NCBI GenBank assembly: GCA_964247055.1
Contig: OZ176053.1
Coordinates: forward strand, 11,904,001-11,968,000
Length of the DNA stretch: 64,000 bases
Direction: 5' to 3'
Origin: Paragordius varius
Lineage: Eukaryota > Animalia > Nematomorpha
The position numbers and the translations under genes are program-made. Positions 63,801-64,000 of the stretch are shown piece by piece (within the stretch, counting starts at the first letter, position 1; each line of letters opens with the position of its first letter). Under the pieces are notes generated by a model. That model was not told the DNA's origin. It did no database searches and saw only the letters and a list, made by a program, of their open reading frames with translations.

Positions 63801-64000
63801 AAACATGGCTTAATATAATATTATTTTTAATATATATATAATATAAACTTTTGATGTAATATTATATTCATGGTTTAATCTGATTATATCAATCCTGTCT
63901 TGTTTATTACAATTTATCATACCATATTTATTTATCTATCTATTGATTTTTTAACAGCGCTTTTAAAGGAAATATTATCCAAATTTATTTTTGAAATAAA

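Overview
Very AT-rich eukaryotic, animal-like genomic DNA dominated by transposable-element debris and a ~14.8 kb satellite array. Host genes rebuilt by hand from GT-AG exons: AMN1-like LRR gene (minus, 9378-16268, 7 exons), UBE2G2/UBC7 (plus, 18129-19706, 5 exons), RPS26 (minus, 20971-21357, 3 exons). There are also three intronless paralogous 7TM class-A GPCR-like genes (27892-29004, 34460-35560, 56186-57292). Mobile elements: a young Ty3/Gypsy (Mag-like) LTR element with near-identical LTRs, 5-bp TSD and tRNA-His PBS (81-4595); an older decayed Gypsy; Penelope-like, RTE-like and hAT (Buster/Charlie-like) relics; and many MITEs with diagnostic TSDs. The most striking signal is three ultra-short spliceosomal introns (21, 24, 24 nt) in two conserved housekeeping genes. 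Each is 3n long and carries an in-frame stop, and they coexist with introns up to ~4 kb. All assignments come from reading the sequence and recalled family motifs; no searches were run, and the organism is not identified.
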